From assembly GCF_009914755.1 (NCBI RefSeq), contig NC_060942.1: 64,000 nucleotides of DNA; one strand, given 5' to 3'. Positions 10,701 through 25,700 of the stretch are shown piece by piece. Source of the DNA: the human T2T-CHM13v2.0 reference genome, Homo sapiens. Numbering within the stretch: position 1 is the stretch's first letter; every line of letters starts with the position of its first letter. A model generated the notes under the pieces. It was given only the letters and a program-made list of their open reading frames with translations. It searched no databases and had not been told where the DNA came from. The position numbers and the translations under genes were made by a program.

Positions 10701-13700
10701 TGAAACACTCTTTTTTTAGTATATGGAAGTGGACATTTGGAGCGCTTTCAGGCCTACGTTGGAAAAGGAAATATCTTCCCATAACAACTAGACAGAAGCA
10801 TTCTCAGAAACTAGTTTCTGATGTGTGTCCTCAACTAACACAGTTGAACATTTCTTTAGACAGAACAGTTTTGAAACACTCTTTTTGTGGAATCTGCAAG
10901 TGGATATTTGGCTAGATTTGAGGATTTCGTTGGAAACGGGATTACATATAAAAAGCAGACAGCAGCATTCTCAGAAACTTCTTTGTGATGATTGCATTCA
11001 AGTCACAGAATTGAACATTCCCTTTCACAGAGCAGGTTTGAAACACTCTTTTTGTAGTGTGTGTAAGTGGACATTTGGAGCGCTTTCCGGCCTAAGGTGA
11101 ACAAGGAAATATCTTCCCATAAAAACTAGACAGAAGCATTCTCAGAAACTTACTCGTGATGTGTGTCCTCAACTAAAGGAGTAGAACCTTTCTTTTCATA
11201 GAGAAGTTTTGAAACGCTCTTTTTGTGGAATCTGCAAGTGGATATTTGGCTAGTTTTGAGGATTTCGTTGGAAGCGGGAATTCATACAAGATGCAGACTG
11301 CAGCGTTCTGAGAAACATCTTTGTGATGTTTGTATTCAGGACACAGAGTTGAACATTCCCTATCATAGAGCAGGTTTGAATCACTCCTTTTGTAGTATCT
11401 GGAAGTGGACATTTGGAGCGCTTTCAGGCCTATGTTGGAAAAGGAAATATCTTCCCATAACAACTAGACAGAAGCATTCCCAGAAACTTATTTGAGATGT
11501 GTGTACTCAACTAAGAGAATTGAACCACCGTTTTGAAGGAGCAGTTTGGAAACACTCTTTTTCTGGAATCTGCAAGTGGATATTTGGCTAGCTTTGGGGA
11601 TTTCGCTGGAAGCGGGAATACATATAAAAAGCACACAGCAGCGTTCTGAGAAACTGCTTTCTGATGTTTGCATTCAAGTCAAAAGTTGAACACTCCCTTT
11701 CATAGAGCAGTCTTGAAACACCCCTTTTGTAGTATCTGGAACTGGAAATTTGGAGCGCTTTCAGGGCTAAGGTGAAAAAGGAAATATCTTCCCATAAAAA
11801 CTGGACAGAAGCATTCTCAGAAACTTGTTTATGCTGTATCTGCTCAACTAACAAAGTTGAACCTTTCTTTTGATAGAGCAGTTTTGAAATGCTCTTTTTG
11901 TGGAATCTGCAAGTGGATATTTGGCTAGTTTTGAGGATTTCGTTGGAAGCGGGAATTCATACAAATTGCAGACTGCAGCGTTCTGAGAAACATCTTTGTG
12001 ATGTTTGTATTCAGGACACAGAGTTGAACATTCCCTATCATAGAGCAGGTTGGGATCACTCCTTTTGTAGTATCTGGAAGTGGACATTTGGAGCGCTTTC
12101 AGGCTTATGTTGAAAAAGGAAAAATCTTCCCATAACAACTAGACAGAAGCATTCTCAGAAACTTGTTGGTGATGTGTTTCCTCTACTGACAGAGTTGAAC
12201 CTTTCTTTTCATAGAGCAGTTTCGAAACACTCTTTTTGTAGAATCTGCAAGAGGATATTTGCATAGCTCTGAGGATTTCGTGGGAAACGGGATTGTCTTC
12301 AGGTAAAATCTAGACAGAAGCATTCTCAGAAACTTCTTCGGGATGTTTGCATTCAAGTCACAGAGTAGAACATTCCCTTTGGTAGAGCAGGTTTGAAACA
12401 CTCTTTTTGTCGTATCTGGAAGTGGACATTTGTTGCGCTTTCAGGCCTATGTTGGAAAGGGAAATATCTTCCCGTAACAACTAGGCAGAAGCATTCTCAG
12501 AAACTTATTTGAGATGTGTGTACTCAACTAAGAGAATTGAACCACCGTTTTGAAGGAGCAGTTTGGAAACACTCTTTTTCTGGAATCTGCAAGAGGATAT
12601 TTGCCTAGCTTTGAGGATTTCGTTGGAAAAGGGATTGTCTTCAGATCAAATCTAGACAGAAGCATTCTCAGAAACTTCTTTGGGATGTTTGCATTCAAGT
12701 CACAGAGTAGAACATTCCTTTGGTAGAGCAGGTTTGAAACACTCTTTTTTTACTATATGGAAGTGGACATTTGGAGCGCTTTCAGGCCTACGTTGGAAAA
12801 GGAAATATCTTCCCATAACAACTAGACAGAAGCATTCTCAGAAACTAGTTTCTGATGTGTGTCCTCAACTAACACAGTTGAACATTTCTTTAGACAGAAC
12901 AGTTTTGAAACACTCTTTTTGTGGAATCTGCAAGTGGATATTTGGCTAGATTTGAGGATTTCGTTGGAAACGGGATTACATATAAAAAGCAGACAGCAGC
13001 ATTCTCAGAAACTTCTTTGTGATGATTGCATTCAAGTCACAGAATTGAACATTCCCTTTCACAGAGCAGGTTTGAAACACTCTTTTTGTAGTGTGTGTAA
13101 GTGGACATTTGGAGCGCTTTCCGGCCTAAGGTGAACAAGGAAATATCTTCCCATAAAAACTAGACAGAAGCATTCTCAGAAACTTACTCGTGATGTGTGT
13201 CCTCAACTAAAGGAGTAGAACCTTTCTTTTCATAGAGAAGTTTTGAAACGCTCTTTTTGTGGAATCTGCAAGTGGATATTTGGCTAGTTTGGAGGATTTC
13301 GTTGGAAGCGGGAATTCATACAAGATGCAGACTGCAGCGTTCTGAGAAACATCTTTGTGATGTTTGTATTCAGGACACAGAGTTGAACATTCCCTATCAT
13401 AGAGCAGGTTTGAATCACTCCTTTTGTAGTATCTGGAAGTGGACATTTGGAGCGCTTTCAGGCCTATGTTGGAAAAGGAAATATCTTCCCATAACAACTA
13501 GACAGAAGCATTCCCAGAAACTTATTTGAGATGTGTGTACTCAACTAAGAGAATTGAACCACCGTTTTGAAGGAGCAGTTTGGAAACACTCTTTTTCTGG
13601 AATCTGCAAGTGGATATTTGGCTAGCTTTGGGGATTTCGCTGGAAGCGGGAATACATATAAAAAGCATACAGCAGCGTTCTGAGAAACTGCTTTCTGATG

Positions 13701-16700
13701 TTTGCATTCAAGTCAAAAGTTGAACACTCCCTTTCATAGAGCAGTCTTGAAACACCCCTTTTGTAGTATCTGGAACTGGAAATTTGGAGCGCTTTCAGGG
13801 CTAAGGTGAAAAAGGAAATATCTTCCCATAAAAACTGGACAGAAGCATTCTCAGAAACTTGTTTATGCTGTATCTACTCAACTAACAAAGTTGAACCTTT
13901 CTTTTGATAGAGCAGTTTTGAAATGCTCTTTTTGTGGAATCTGCAAGTGGATATTTGGCTAGTTTTGAGGATTTCGTTGGAAGCGGGAATTCGTACAAAT
14001 TGCAGACTGCAGCGTTCTGAGAAACATCTTTGTGATGTTTGTATTCAGGACACAGAGTTGAACATTCCCTATCATAGAGCAGGTTGGGATCACTCCTTTT
14101 GTAGTATCTGGAAGTGGACATTTGGAGCGCTTTCAGGCCTATGTTGAAAAAGGAAAAATCTTCCCATAACAACTAGACAGAAGCATTCTCAGAAACTTGT
14201 TGGTGATGTGTTTCCTCTACTGACAGAGTTGAACCTTTCTTTTCATAGAGCAGTTTCGAAACACTCTTTTTGTAGAATCTGCAAGAGGATATTTGCATAG
14301 CTCTGAGGATTTCGTGGGAAACGGGATTGTCTTCAGGTAAAATCTAGACAGAAGCATTCTCAGAAACTTCTTCGGGATGTTTGCATTCAAGTCACAGAGT
14401 AGAACATTCCCTTTGGTAGAGCAGGTTTGAAACACTCTTTTTGTCGTATCTGGAAGTGGACATTTGTTGCGCTTTCAGGCCTATTTTGGAAAGGGAAATA
14501 TCTTCCCGTAACAACTAGGCAGAAGCATTCTCAGAAACTTATTTGAGATGTGTGTACTCAACTAAGAGAATTGAACCACCGTTTTGAAGGAGCAGTTTGG
14601 AAACACTCTTTTTCTGGAATCTGCAAGAGGATATTTGCCTAGCTTTGAGGATTTCGTTGGAAAAGGGATTGTCTTCAGATCAAATCTAGACAGAAGCATT
14701 CTCAGAAACTTCTTTGGGATGTTTGCATTCAAGTCACAGAGTAGAACATTCCTTTGGTAGAGCAGGTTTGAAACACTCTTTTTTTAGTATATGGAAGTGG
14801 ACATTTGGAGCGCTTTCAGGCCTACGTTGGAAAAGGAAATATCTTCCCATAACAACTAGACAGAAGCATTCTCAGAAACTAGTTTCTGATGTGTGTCCTC
14901 AACTAACACAGTTGAACATTTCTTTAGACAGAACAGTTTTGAAACACTCTTTTTGTGGAATCTGCAAGTGGATATTTGGCTAGATTTGAGGATTTCGTTG
15001 GAAACGGGATTACATATAAAAAGCAGACAGCAGCATTCTCAGAAACTTCTTTGTGATGATTGCATTCAAGTCACAGAATTGAACATTCCCTTTCACAGAG
15101 CAGGTTTGAAACACTCTTTTTGTAGTGTGTGTAAGTGGACATTTGGAGCGCTTTCCGGCCTAAGGTGAACAAGGAAATATCTTCCCATAAAAACTAGACA
15201 GAAGCATTCTCAGAAACTTACTCGTGATGTGTGTCCTCAACTAAAGGAGTAGAACCTTTCTTTTCATAGAGAAGTTTTGAAACGCTCTTTTTGTGGAATC
15301 TGCAAGTGGATATTTGGCTAGTTTGGAGGATTTCGTTGGAAGCGGGAATTCATACAAGATGCAGACTGCAGCGTTCTGAGAAACATCTTTGTGATGTTTG
15401 TATTCAGGACACAGTGTTGAACATTCCCTATCATAGAGCAGGTTTGAATCACTCCTTTTGTAGTATCTGGAAGTGGACATTTGGAGCGCTTTCAGGCCTA
15501 TGTTGGAAAAGGAAATATCTTCCCATAACAACTAGACAGAAGCATTCCCAGAAACTTATTTGAGATGTGTGTACTCAACTAAGAGAATTGAACCACCGTT
15601 TTGAAGGAGCAGTTTGGAAACACTCTTTTTCTGGAATCTGCAAGTGGATATTTGGCTAGCTTTGGGGATTTCGCTGGAAGCGGGAATACATATAAAAAGC
15701 ACACAGCAGCGTTCTGAGAAACTGCTTTCTGCTGTTTGCATTCAAGTCAAAAGTTGAACACTCCCTTTCATAGAGCAGTCTTGAAACACCCCTTTTGTAG
15801 TATCTGGAACTGGAAATTTGGAGCGCTTTCAGGGCTAAGGTGAAAAAGGAAATATCTTCCCATAAAAACTGGACAGAAGCATTCTCAGAAACTTGTTTAT
15901 GCTGTATCTGCTCAACTAACAAAGTTGAACCTTTCTTTTGATAGAGCAGTTTTGAAATGCTCTTTTTGTGGAATCTGCAAGTGGATATTTGGCTAGTTTT
16001 GAGGATTTCGTTGGAAGCGGGAATTCATACAAATTGCAGACTGCAGCGTTCTGAGAAACATCTTTGTGATGTTTGTATTCAGGACACAGAGTTGAACATT
16101 CCCTATCATAGAGCAGGTTGGGATCACTCCTTTTGTAGTATCTGGAAGTGGACATTTGGAGCGCTTTCAGGCCTATGTTGAAAAAGGAAAAATCTTCCCA
16201 TAACAACTAGACAGAAGCATTCTCAGAAACTTGTTGGTGATGTGTTTCCTCTACTGACAGAGTTGAACCTTTCTTTTCATAGAGCAGTTTCGAAACACTC
16301 TTTTTGTAGAATCTGCAAGAGGATATTTGCATAGCTCTGAGGATTTCGTGGGAAACGGGATTGTCTTCAGGTAAAATCTAGACAGAAGCATTCTCAGAAA
16401 CTTCTTCGGGATGTTTGCATTCAAGTCACAGAGTAGAACATTCCCTTCGGTAGAGCAGGTTTGAAACACTCTTTTTGTCGTATCTGGAAGTGGACATTTG
16501 TTGCGCTTTCAAGCCTATGTTGGAAAGGGAAATATCTTCCCGTAACAACTAGGCAGAAGCATTCTCAGAAACTTATTTGAGATGTGTGTACTCAACTAAG
16601 AGAATTGAACCACCGTTTTGAAGGAGCAGTTTGGAAACACTCTTTTTCTGGAATCTGCAAGAGGATATTTGCCTAGCTTTGAGGATTTCGTTGGAAAAGG

Positions 16701-19700
16701 GATTGTCTTCAGATCAAATCTAGACAGAAGCATTCTCAGAAACTTCTTTGGGATGTTTGCATTCAAGTCACAGAGTAGAACATTCCTTTGGTAGAGCAGG
16801 TTTGAAACACTCTTTTTTTAGTATATGGAAGTGGACATTTGGAGCGCTTTCAGGCCTACGTTGGAAAAGGAAATATCTTCCCATAACAACTAGACAGAAG
16901 CATTCTCAGAAACTAGTTTCTGATGTGTGTCCTCAACTAACACAGTTGAACATTTCTTTAGACAGAACAGTTTTGAAACACTCTTTTTGTGGAATCTGCA
17001 AGTGGATATTTGGCTAGATTTGAGGATTTCGTTGGAAACGGGATTACATATAAAAAGCAGACAGCAGCATTCTCAGAAACTTCTTTGTGATGATTGCATT
17101 CAAGTCACAGAATTGAACATTCCCTTTCACAGAGCAGGTTTGAAACACTCTTTTTGTAGTGTGTGTAAGTGGACATTTGGAGCGCTTTCCGGCCTAAGGT
17201 GAACAAGGAAATATCTTCCCATAAAAACTAGACAGAAGCATTCTCAGAAACTTACTCGTGATGTGTGTCCTCAACTAAAGGAGTAGAACCTTTCTTTTCA
17301 TAGAGAAGTTTTGAAACGCTCTTTTTGTGGAATCTGCAAGTGGATATTTGGCTAGTTTTGAGGATTTCGTTGGAAGCGGGAATTCATACAAGATGCAGAC
17401 TGCAGCGTTCTGAGAAACATCTTTGTGATGTTTGTATTCAGGACACAGAGTTGCACATTCCCTATCATAGAGCAGGTTTGAATCACTCCTTTTGTAGTAT
17501 CTGGAAGTGGACATTTGGAGCGCTTTCAGGCCTATGTTGGAAAAGGAAATATCTTCCCATAACAACTAGACAGAAGCATTCCCAGAAACTTATTTGAGAT
17601 GTGTGTACTCAACTAAGAGAATTGAACCACCGTTTTGAAGGAGCAGTTTGGAAACACTCTTTTTCTGGAATCTGCAAGTGGATATTTGGCTAGCTTTGGG
17701 GATTTCGCTGGAAGCGGGAATACATATAAAAAGCACACAGCAGCGTTCTGAGAAACTGCTTTCTGATGTTTGCATTCAAGTCAAAAGTTGAACACTCCCT
17801 TTCATAGAGCAGTCTTGAAACACCCCTTTTGTAGTATCTGGAACTGGAAATTTGGAGCGCTTTCAGGGCTAAGGTGAAAAAGGAAATATCTTCCCATAAA
17901 AACTGGACAGAAGCATTCTCAGAAACTTGTTTATGCTGTATCTGCTCAACTAACAAAGTTGAACCTTTCTTTTGATAGAGCAGTTTTGAAATGCTCTTTT
18001 TGTGGAATCTGCAAGTGGATATTTGGCTAGTTTTGAGGATTTCGTTGGAAGCGGGAATTCATACAAATTGCAGACTGCAGCGTTCTGAGAAACATCTTTG
18101 TGATGTTTGTATTCAGGACACAGAGTTGAACATTCCCTATCATAGAGCAGGTTGGGATCACTCCTTTTGTAGTATCTGGAAGTGGACATTTGGAGCGCTT
18201 TCAGGCCTATGTTGAAAAAGGAAAAATCTTCCCATAACAACTAGACAGAAGCATTCTCAGAAACTTGTTGGTGATGTGTTTCCTCTACTGACAGAGTTGA
18301 ACCTTTCTTTTCATAGAGCAGTTTCGAAACACTCTTTTTGTAGAATCTGAAAGAGGATATTTGCATAGCTCTGAGGATTTCGTGGGAAACGGGATTGTCT
18401 TCAGGTAAAATCTAGACAGAAGCATTCTCAGAAACTTCTTCGGGATGTTTGCATTCAAGTCACAGAGTAGAACACTCCCTTTGGTAGAGCAGGTTTGAAA
18501 CACTCTTTTTGTCGTATCTGGAAGTGGACATTTGTTGCGCTTTCAGGCCTATGTTGGAAAGGGAAATATCTTCCCGTAACAACTAGGCAGAAGCATTCTC
18601 AGAAACTTATTTGAGATGTGTGTACTCAACTAAGAGAATTGAACCACCGTTTTGAAGGAGCAGTTTGGAAACACTCTTTTTCTGGAATCTGCAAGAGGAT
18701 ATTTGCCTAGCTTTGAGGATTTCGTTGGAAAAGGGATTGTCTTCAGATCAAATCTAGACAGAAGCATTCTCAGAAACTTCTTTGGGATGTTTGCATTCAA
18801 GTCACAGAGTAGAACATTCCTTTGGTAGAGCAGGTTTGAAACACTCTTTTTTTAGTATATGGAAGTGGACATTTGGAGCGCTTTCAGGCCTACGTTGGAA
18901 AAGGAAATATCTTCCCATAACAACTAGACAGAAGCATTCTCAGAAACTAGTTTCTGATGTGTGTCCTCAACTAACACAGTTGAACATTTCTTTAGACAGA
19001 ACAGTTTTGAAACACTCTTTTTGTGGAATCTGCAAGTGGATATTTGGCTAGATTTGAGGATTTCGTTGGAAACGGGATTACATATAAAAAGCAGACAGCA
19101 GCATTCTCAGAAACTTCTTTGTGATGATTGCATTCAAGTCACAGAATTGAACATTCCCTTTCACAGAGCAGGTTTGAAACACTCTTTTTGTAGTGTGTGT
19201 AAGTGGACATTTGGAGCGCTTTCCGGCCTAAGGTGAACAAGGAAATATCTTCCCATAAAAACTAGACAGAAGCATTCTCAGAAACTTACTCGTGATGTGT
19301 GTCCTCAACTAAAGGAGTAGAACCTTTCTTTTCATAGAGAAGTTTTGAAACGCTCTTTTTGTGGAATCTGCAAGTGGATATTTGGCTAGTTTTGAGGATT
19401 TCGTTGGAAGCGGGAATTCATACAAGATGCAGACTGCAGCGTTCTGAGAAACATCTTTGTGATGTTTGTATTCAGGACACAGAGTTGAACATTCCCTATC
19501 ATAGAGCAGGTTTGAATCACTCCTTTTGTAGTATCTGGAAGTGGACATTTGGAGCGCTTTCAGGCCTATGTTGGAAAAGGAAATATCTTCCCATAACAAC
19601 TAGACAGAAGCATTCCCAGAAACTTATTTGAGATGTGTGTACTCAACTAAGAGAATTGAACCACCGTTTTGAAGGAGCAGTTTGGAAACACTCTTTTTCT

Positions 19701-22700
19701 GGAATCTGCAAGTGGATATTTGGCTAGCTTTGGGGATTTCGCTGGAAGCGGGAATACATATAAAAAGCATACAGCAGCGTTCTGAGAAACTGCTTTCTGA
19801 TGTTTGCATTCAAGTCAAAAGTTGAACACTCCCTTTCATAGAGCAGTCTTGAAACACCCCTTTTGTAGTATCTGGAACTGGAAATTTGGAGCGCTTTCAG
19901 GGCTAAGGTGAAAAAGGAAATATCTTCCCATAAAAACTGGACAGAAGCATTCTCAGAAACTTGTTTATGCTGTATCTACTCAACTAACAAAGTTGAACCT
20001 TTCTTTTGATAGAGCAGTTTTGAAATGCTCTTTTTGTGGAATCTGCAAGTGGATATTTGGCTAGTTTTGAGGATTTCGTTGGAAGCGGGAATTCATACAA
20101 ATTGCAGACTGCAGCGTTCTGAGAAACATCTTTGTGATGTTTGTATTCAGGACACAGAGTTGAACATTCCCTATCATAGAGCAGGTTGGGATCACTCCTT
20201 TTGTAGTATCTGGAAGTGGACATTTGGAGCGCTTTCAGGCCTATGTTGAAAAAGGAAAAATCTTCCCATAACAACTAGACAGAAGCATTCTCAGAAACTT
20301 GTTGGTGATGTGTTTCCTCTACTGACAGAGTTGAACCTTTCTTTTCATACAGCAGTTTCGAAACACTCTTTTTGTAGAATCTGCAAGAGGATATTTGCAT
20401 AGCTCTGAGGATTTCGTGGGAAACGGGATTGTCTTCAGGTAAAATCTAGACAGAAGCATTCTCAGAAACTTCTTCGGGATGTTTGCATTCAAGTCACAGA
20501 GTAGAACATTCCCTTTGGTAGAGCAGGTTTGAAACACTCTTTTTGTCGTATCTGGAAGTGGACATTTGTTGCGCTTTCAGGCCTATTTTGGAAAGGGAAA
20601 TATCTTCCCGTAACAACTAGGCAGAAGCATTCTCAGAAACTTATTTGAGATGTGTGTACTCAACTAAGAGAATTGAACCACCGTTTTGAAGGAGCAGTTT
20701 GGAAACACTCTTTTTCTGGAATCTGCAAGAGGATATTTGCCTAGCTTTGAGGATTTCGTTGGAAAAGGGATTGTCTTCAGATCAAATCTAGACAGAAGCA
20801 TTCTCAGAAACTTCTTTGGGATGTTTGCATTCAAGTCACAGAGTAGAACATTCCTTTGGTAGAGCAGGTTTGAAACACTCTTTTTTTAGTATATGGAAGT
20901 GGACATTTGGAGCGCTTTCAGGCCTACGTTGGAAAAGGAAATATCTTCCCATAACAACTAGACAGAAGCATTCTCAGAAACTAGTTTCTGATGTGTGTCC
21001 TCAACTAACACAGTTGAACATTTCTTTAGACAGAACAGTTTTGAAACACTCTTTTTGTGGAATCTGCAAGTGGATATTTGGCTAGATTTGAGGATTTCGT
21101 TGGAAACGGGATTACATATAAAAAGCAGACAGCAGCATTCTCAGAAACTTCTTTGTGATGATTGCATTCAAGTCACAGAATTGAACATTCCCTTTCACAG
21201 AGCAGGTTTGAAACACTCTTTTTGTAGTGTGTGTAAGTGGACATTTGGAGCGCTTTCCGGCCTAAGGTGAACAAGGAAATATCTTCCCATAAAAACTAGA
21301 CAGAAGCATTCTCAGAAACTTACTCGTGATGTGTGTCCTCAACTAAAGGAGTAGAACCTTTCTTTTCATAGAGAAGTTTTGAAACGCTCTTTTTGTGGAA
21401 TCTGCAAGTGGATATTTGGCTAGTTTTGAGGATTTCGTTGGAAGCGGGAATTCATACAAGATGCAGACTGCAGCGTTCTGAGAAACATCTTTGTGATGTT
21501 TGTATTCAGGACACAGAGTTGAACATTCCCTATCATAGAGCAGGTTTGAATCACTCCTTTTGTAGTATCTGGAAGTGGACATTTGGAGCGCTTTCAGGCC
21601 TATGTTGGAAAAGGAAATATCTTCCCATAACAACTAGACAGAAGCATTCCCAGAAACTTATTTGAGATGTGTGTACTCAACTAAGAGAATTGAACCACCG
21701 TTTTGAAGGAGCAGTTTGGAAACACTCTTTTTCTGGAATCTGCAAGTGGATATTTGGCTAGCTTTGGGGATTTCGCTGGAAGCGGGAATACATATAAAAA
21801 GCATACAGCAGCGTTCTGAGAAACTGCTTTCTGATGTTTGCATTCAAGTCAAAAGTTGAACACTCCCTTTCATAGAGCAGTCTTGAAACACCCCTTTTGT
21901 AGTATCTGGAACTGGAAATTTGGAGCGCTTTCAGGGCTAAGGTGAAAAAGGAAATATCTTCCCATAAAAACTGGACAGAAGCATTCTCAGAAACTTGTTT
22001 ATGCTGTATCTACTCAACTAACAAAGTTGAACCTTTCTTTTGATAGAGCAGTTTTGAAATGCTCTTTTTGTGGAATCTGCAAGTGGATATTTGGCTAGTT
22101 TTGAGGATTTCGTTGGAAGCGGGAATTCATACAAATTGCAGACTGCAGCGTTCTGAGAAACATCTTTGTGATGTTTGTATTCAGGACACAGAGTTGAACA
22201 TTCCCTATCATAGAGCAGGTTGGGATCACTCCTTTTGTAGTATCTGGAAGTGGACATTTGGAGCGCTTTCAGGCCTATGTTGAAAAAGGAAAAATCTTCC
22301 CATAACAACTAGACAGAAGCATTCTCAGAAACTTGTTGGTGATGTGTTTCCTCTACTGACAGAGTTGAACCTTTCTTTTCATACAGCAGTTTCGAAACAC
22401 TCTTTTTGTAGAATCTGCAAGAGGATATTTGCATAGCTCTGAGGATTTCGTGGGAAACGGGATTGTCTTCAGGTAAAATCTAGACAGAAGCATTCTCAGA
22501 AACTTCTTCGGGATGTTTGCATTCAAGTCACAGAGTAGAACATTCCCTTTGGTAGAGCAGGTTTGAAACACTCTTTTTGTCGTATCTGGAAGTGGACATT
22601 TGTTGCGCTTTCAGGCCTATTTTGGAAAGGGAAATATCTTCCCGTAACAACTAGGCAGAAGCATTCTCAGAAACTTATTTGAGATGTGTGTACTCAACTA

Positions 22701-25700
22701 AGAGAATTGAACCACCGTTTTGAAGGAGCAGTTTGGAAACACTCTTTTTCTGGAATCTGCAAGAGGATATTTGCCTAGCTTTGAGGATTTCGTTGGAAAA
22801 GGGATTGTCTTCAGATCAAATCTAGACAGAAGCATTCTCAGAAACTTCTTTGGGATGTTTGCATTCAAGTCACAGAGTAGAACATTCCTTTGGTAGAGCA
22901 GGTTTGAAACACTCTTTTTTTAGTATATGGAAGTGGACATTTGGAGCGCTTTCAGGCCTACGTTGGAAAAGGAAATATCTTCCCATAACAACTAGACAGA
23001 AGCATTCTCAGAAACTAGTTTCTGATGTGTGTCCTCAACTAACACAGTTGAACATTTCTTTAGACAGAACAGTTTTGAAACACTCTTTTTGTGGAATCTG
23101 CAAGTGGATATTTGGCTAGATTTGAGGATTTCGTTGGAAACGGGATTACATATAAAAAGCAGACAGCAGCATTCTCAGAAACTTCTTTGTGATGATTGCA
23201 TTCAAGTCACAGAATTGAACATTCCCTTTCACAGAGCAGGTTTGAAACACTCTTTTTGTAGTGTGTGTAAGTGGACATTTGGAGCGCTTTCCGGCCTAAG
23301 GTGAACAAGGAAATATCTTCCCATAAAAACTAGACAGAAGCATTCTCAGAAACTTACTCGTGATGTGTGTCCTCAACTAAAGGAGTAGAACCTTTCTTTT
23401 CATAGAGAAGTTTTGAAACGCTCTTTTTGTGGAATCTGCAAGTGGATATTTGGCTAGTTTTGAGGATTTCGTTGGAAGCGGGAATTCATACAAGATGCAG
23501 ACTGCAGCGTTCTGAGAAACATCTTTGTGATGTTTGTATTCAGGACACAGAGTTGAACATTCCCTATCATAGAGCAGGTTTGAATCACTCCTTTTGTAGT
23601 ATCTGGAAGTGGACATTTGGAGCGCTTTCAGGCCTATGTTGGAAAAGGAAATATCTTCCCATAACAACTAGACAGAAGCATTCCCAGAAACTTATTTGAG
23701 ATGTGTGTACTCAACTAAGAGAATTGAACCACCGTTTTGAAGGAGCAGTTTGGAAACACTCTTTTTCTGGAATCTGCAAGTGGATATTTGGCTAGCTTTG
23801 GGGATTTCGCTGGAAGCGGGAATACATATAAAAAGCACACAGCAGCGTTCTGAGAAACTGCTTTCTGATGTTTGCATTCAAGTCAAAAGTTGAACACTCC
23901 CTTTCATAGAGCAGTCTTGAAACACCCCTTTTGTAGTATCTGGAACTGGAAATTTGGAGCGCTTTCAGGGCTAAGGTGAAAAAGGAAATATCTTCCCATA
24001 AAAACTGGACAGAAGCATTCTCAGAAACTTGTTTATGCTGTATCTACTCAACTAACAAAGTTGAACCTTTCTTTTGATAGAGCAGTTTTGAAATGCTCTT
24101 TTTGTGGAATCTGCAAGTAGATATTTGGCTAGTTTTGAGGATTTCGTTGGAAGCGGGAATTCATACAAATTGCAGACTGCAGCGTTCTGAGAAACATCTT
24201 TGTGATGTTTGTATTCAGGACACAGAGTTGAACATTCCCTATCATAGAGCAGGTTGGGATCACTCCTTTTGTAGTATCTGGAAGTGGACATTTGGAGCGC
24301 TTTCAGGCCTATGTTGAAAAAGGAAAAATCTTCCCATAACAACTAGACAGAAGCATTCTCAGAAACTTTTTGGTGATGTGTTTCCTCTACTGACAGAGTT
24401 GAACCTTTCTTTTCATACAGCAGTTTCGAAACACTCTTTTTGTAGAATCTGCAAGAGGATATTTGCATAGCTCTGAGGATTTCGTGGGAAACGGGATTGT
24501 CTTCAGGTAAAATCTAGACAGAAGCATTCTCAGAAACTTCTTCGGGATGTTTGCATTCAAGTCACAGAGTAGAACATTCCCTTTGGTAGAGCAGGTTTGA
24601 AACACTCTTTTTGTCGTATCTGGAAGTGGACATTTGTTGCGCTTTCAGGCCTATGTTGGAAAGGGAAATATCTTCCCGTAACAACTAGGCAGAAGCATTC
24701 TCAGAAACTTATTTGAGATGTGTGTACTCAACGAAGAGAATTGAACCACCGTTTTGAAGGAGCAGTTTGGAAACACTCTTTTTCTGGAATCTGCAAGAGG
24801 ATATTTGCCTAGCTTTGAGGATTTCGTTGGAAAAGGGATTGTCTTCAGATCAAATCTAGACAGAAGCATTCTCAGAAACTTCTTTGGGATGTTTGCATTC
24901 AAGTCACAGAGTAGAACATTCCTTTGGTAGAGCAGGTTTGAAACACTCTTTTTTTAGTATATGGAAGTGGACATTTGGAGCGCTTTCAGGCCTACGTTGG
25001 AAAAGGAAATATCTTCCCATAACAACTGGACGGAAGCATTCTCAGAAACTAGTTTCTGATGTGTGTCCTCAACTAACACAGTTGAACATTTCTTTAGACA
25101 GAACAGTTTTGAAACACTCTTTTTGTGGAATCTGCAAGTGGATATTTGGCTAGATTTGAGGATTTCGTTGGAAACGGGATTACATATAAAAAGCAGACAG
25201 CAGCATTCTCAGAAACTTCTTTGTGATGATTGCATTCAAGTCACAGAATTGAACATTCCCTTTCACAGAGCAGGTTTGAAACACTCTTTTTGTAGTGTGT
25301 GTAAGTGGACATTTGGAGCGCTTTCCGGCCTAAGGTGAACAAGGAAATATCTTCCCATAAAAACTAGACAGAAGCATTCTCAGAAACTTACTCGTGATGT
25401 GTGTCCTCAACTAAAGGAGTAGAACCTTTCTTTTCATAGAGAAGTTTTGAAACGCTCTTTTTGTGGAATCTGCAAGTGGATATTTGGCTAGTTTGGAGGA
25501 TTTCGTTGGAAGCGGGAATTCATACAAGATGCAGACTGCAGCGTTCTGAGAAACATCTTTGTGATGTTTGTATTCAGGACACAGAGTTGAACATTCCCTA
25601 TCATAGAGCAGGTTTGAATCACTCCTTTTGTAGTATCTGGAAGTGGACATTTGGAGCGCTTTCAGGCCTATGTTGGAAAAGGAAATATCTTCCCATAACA

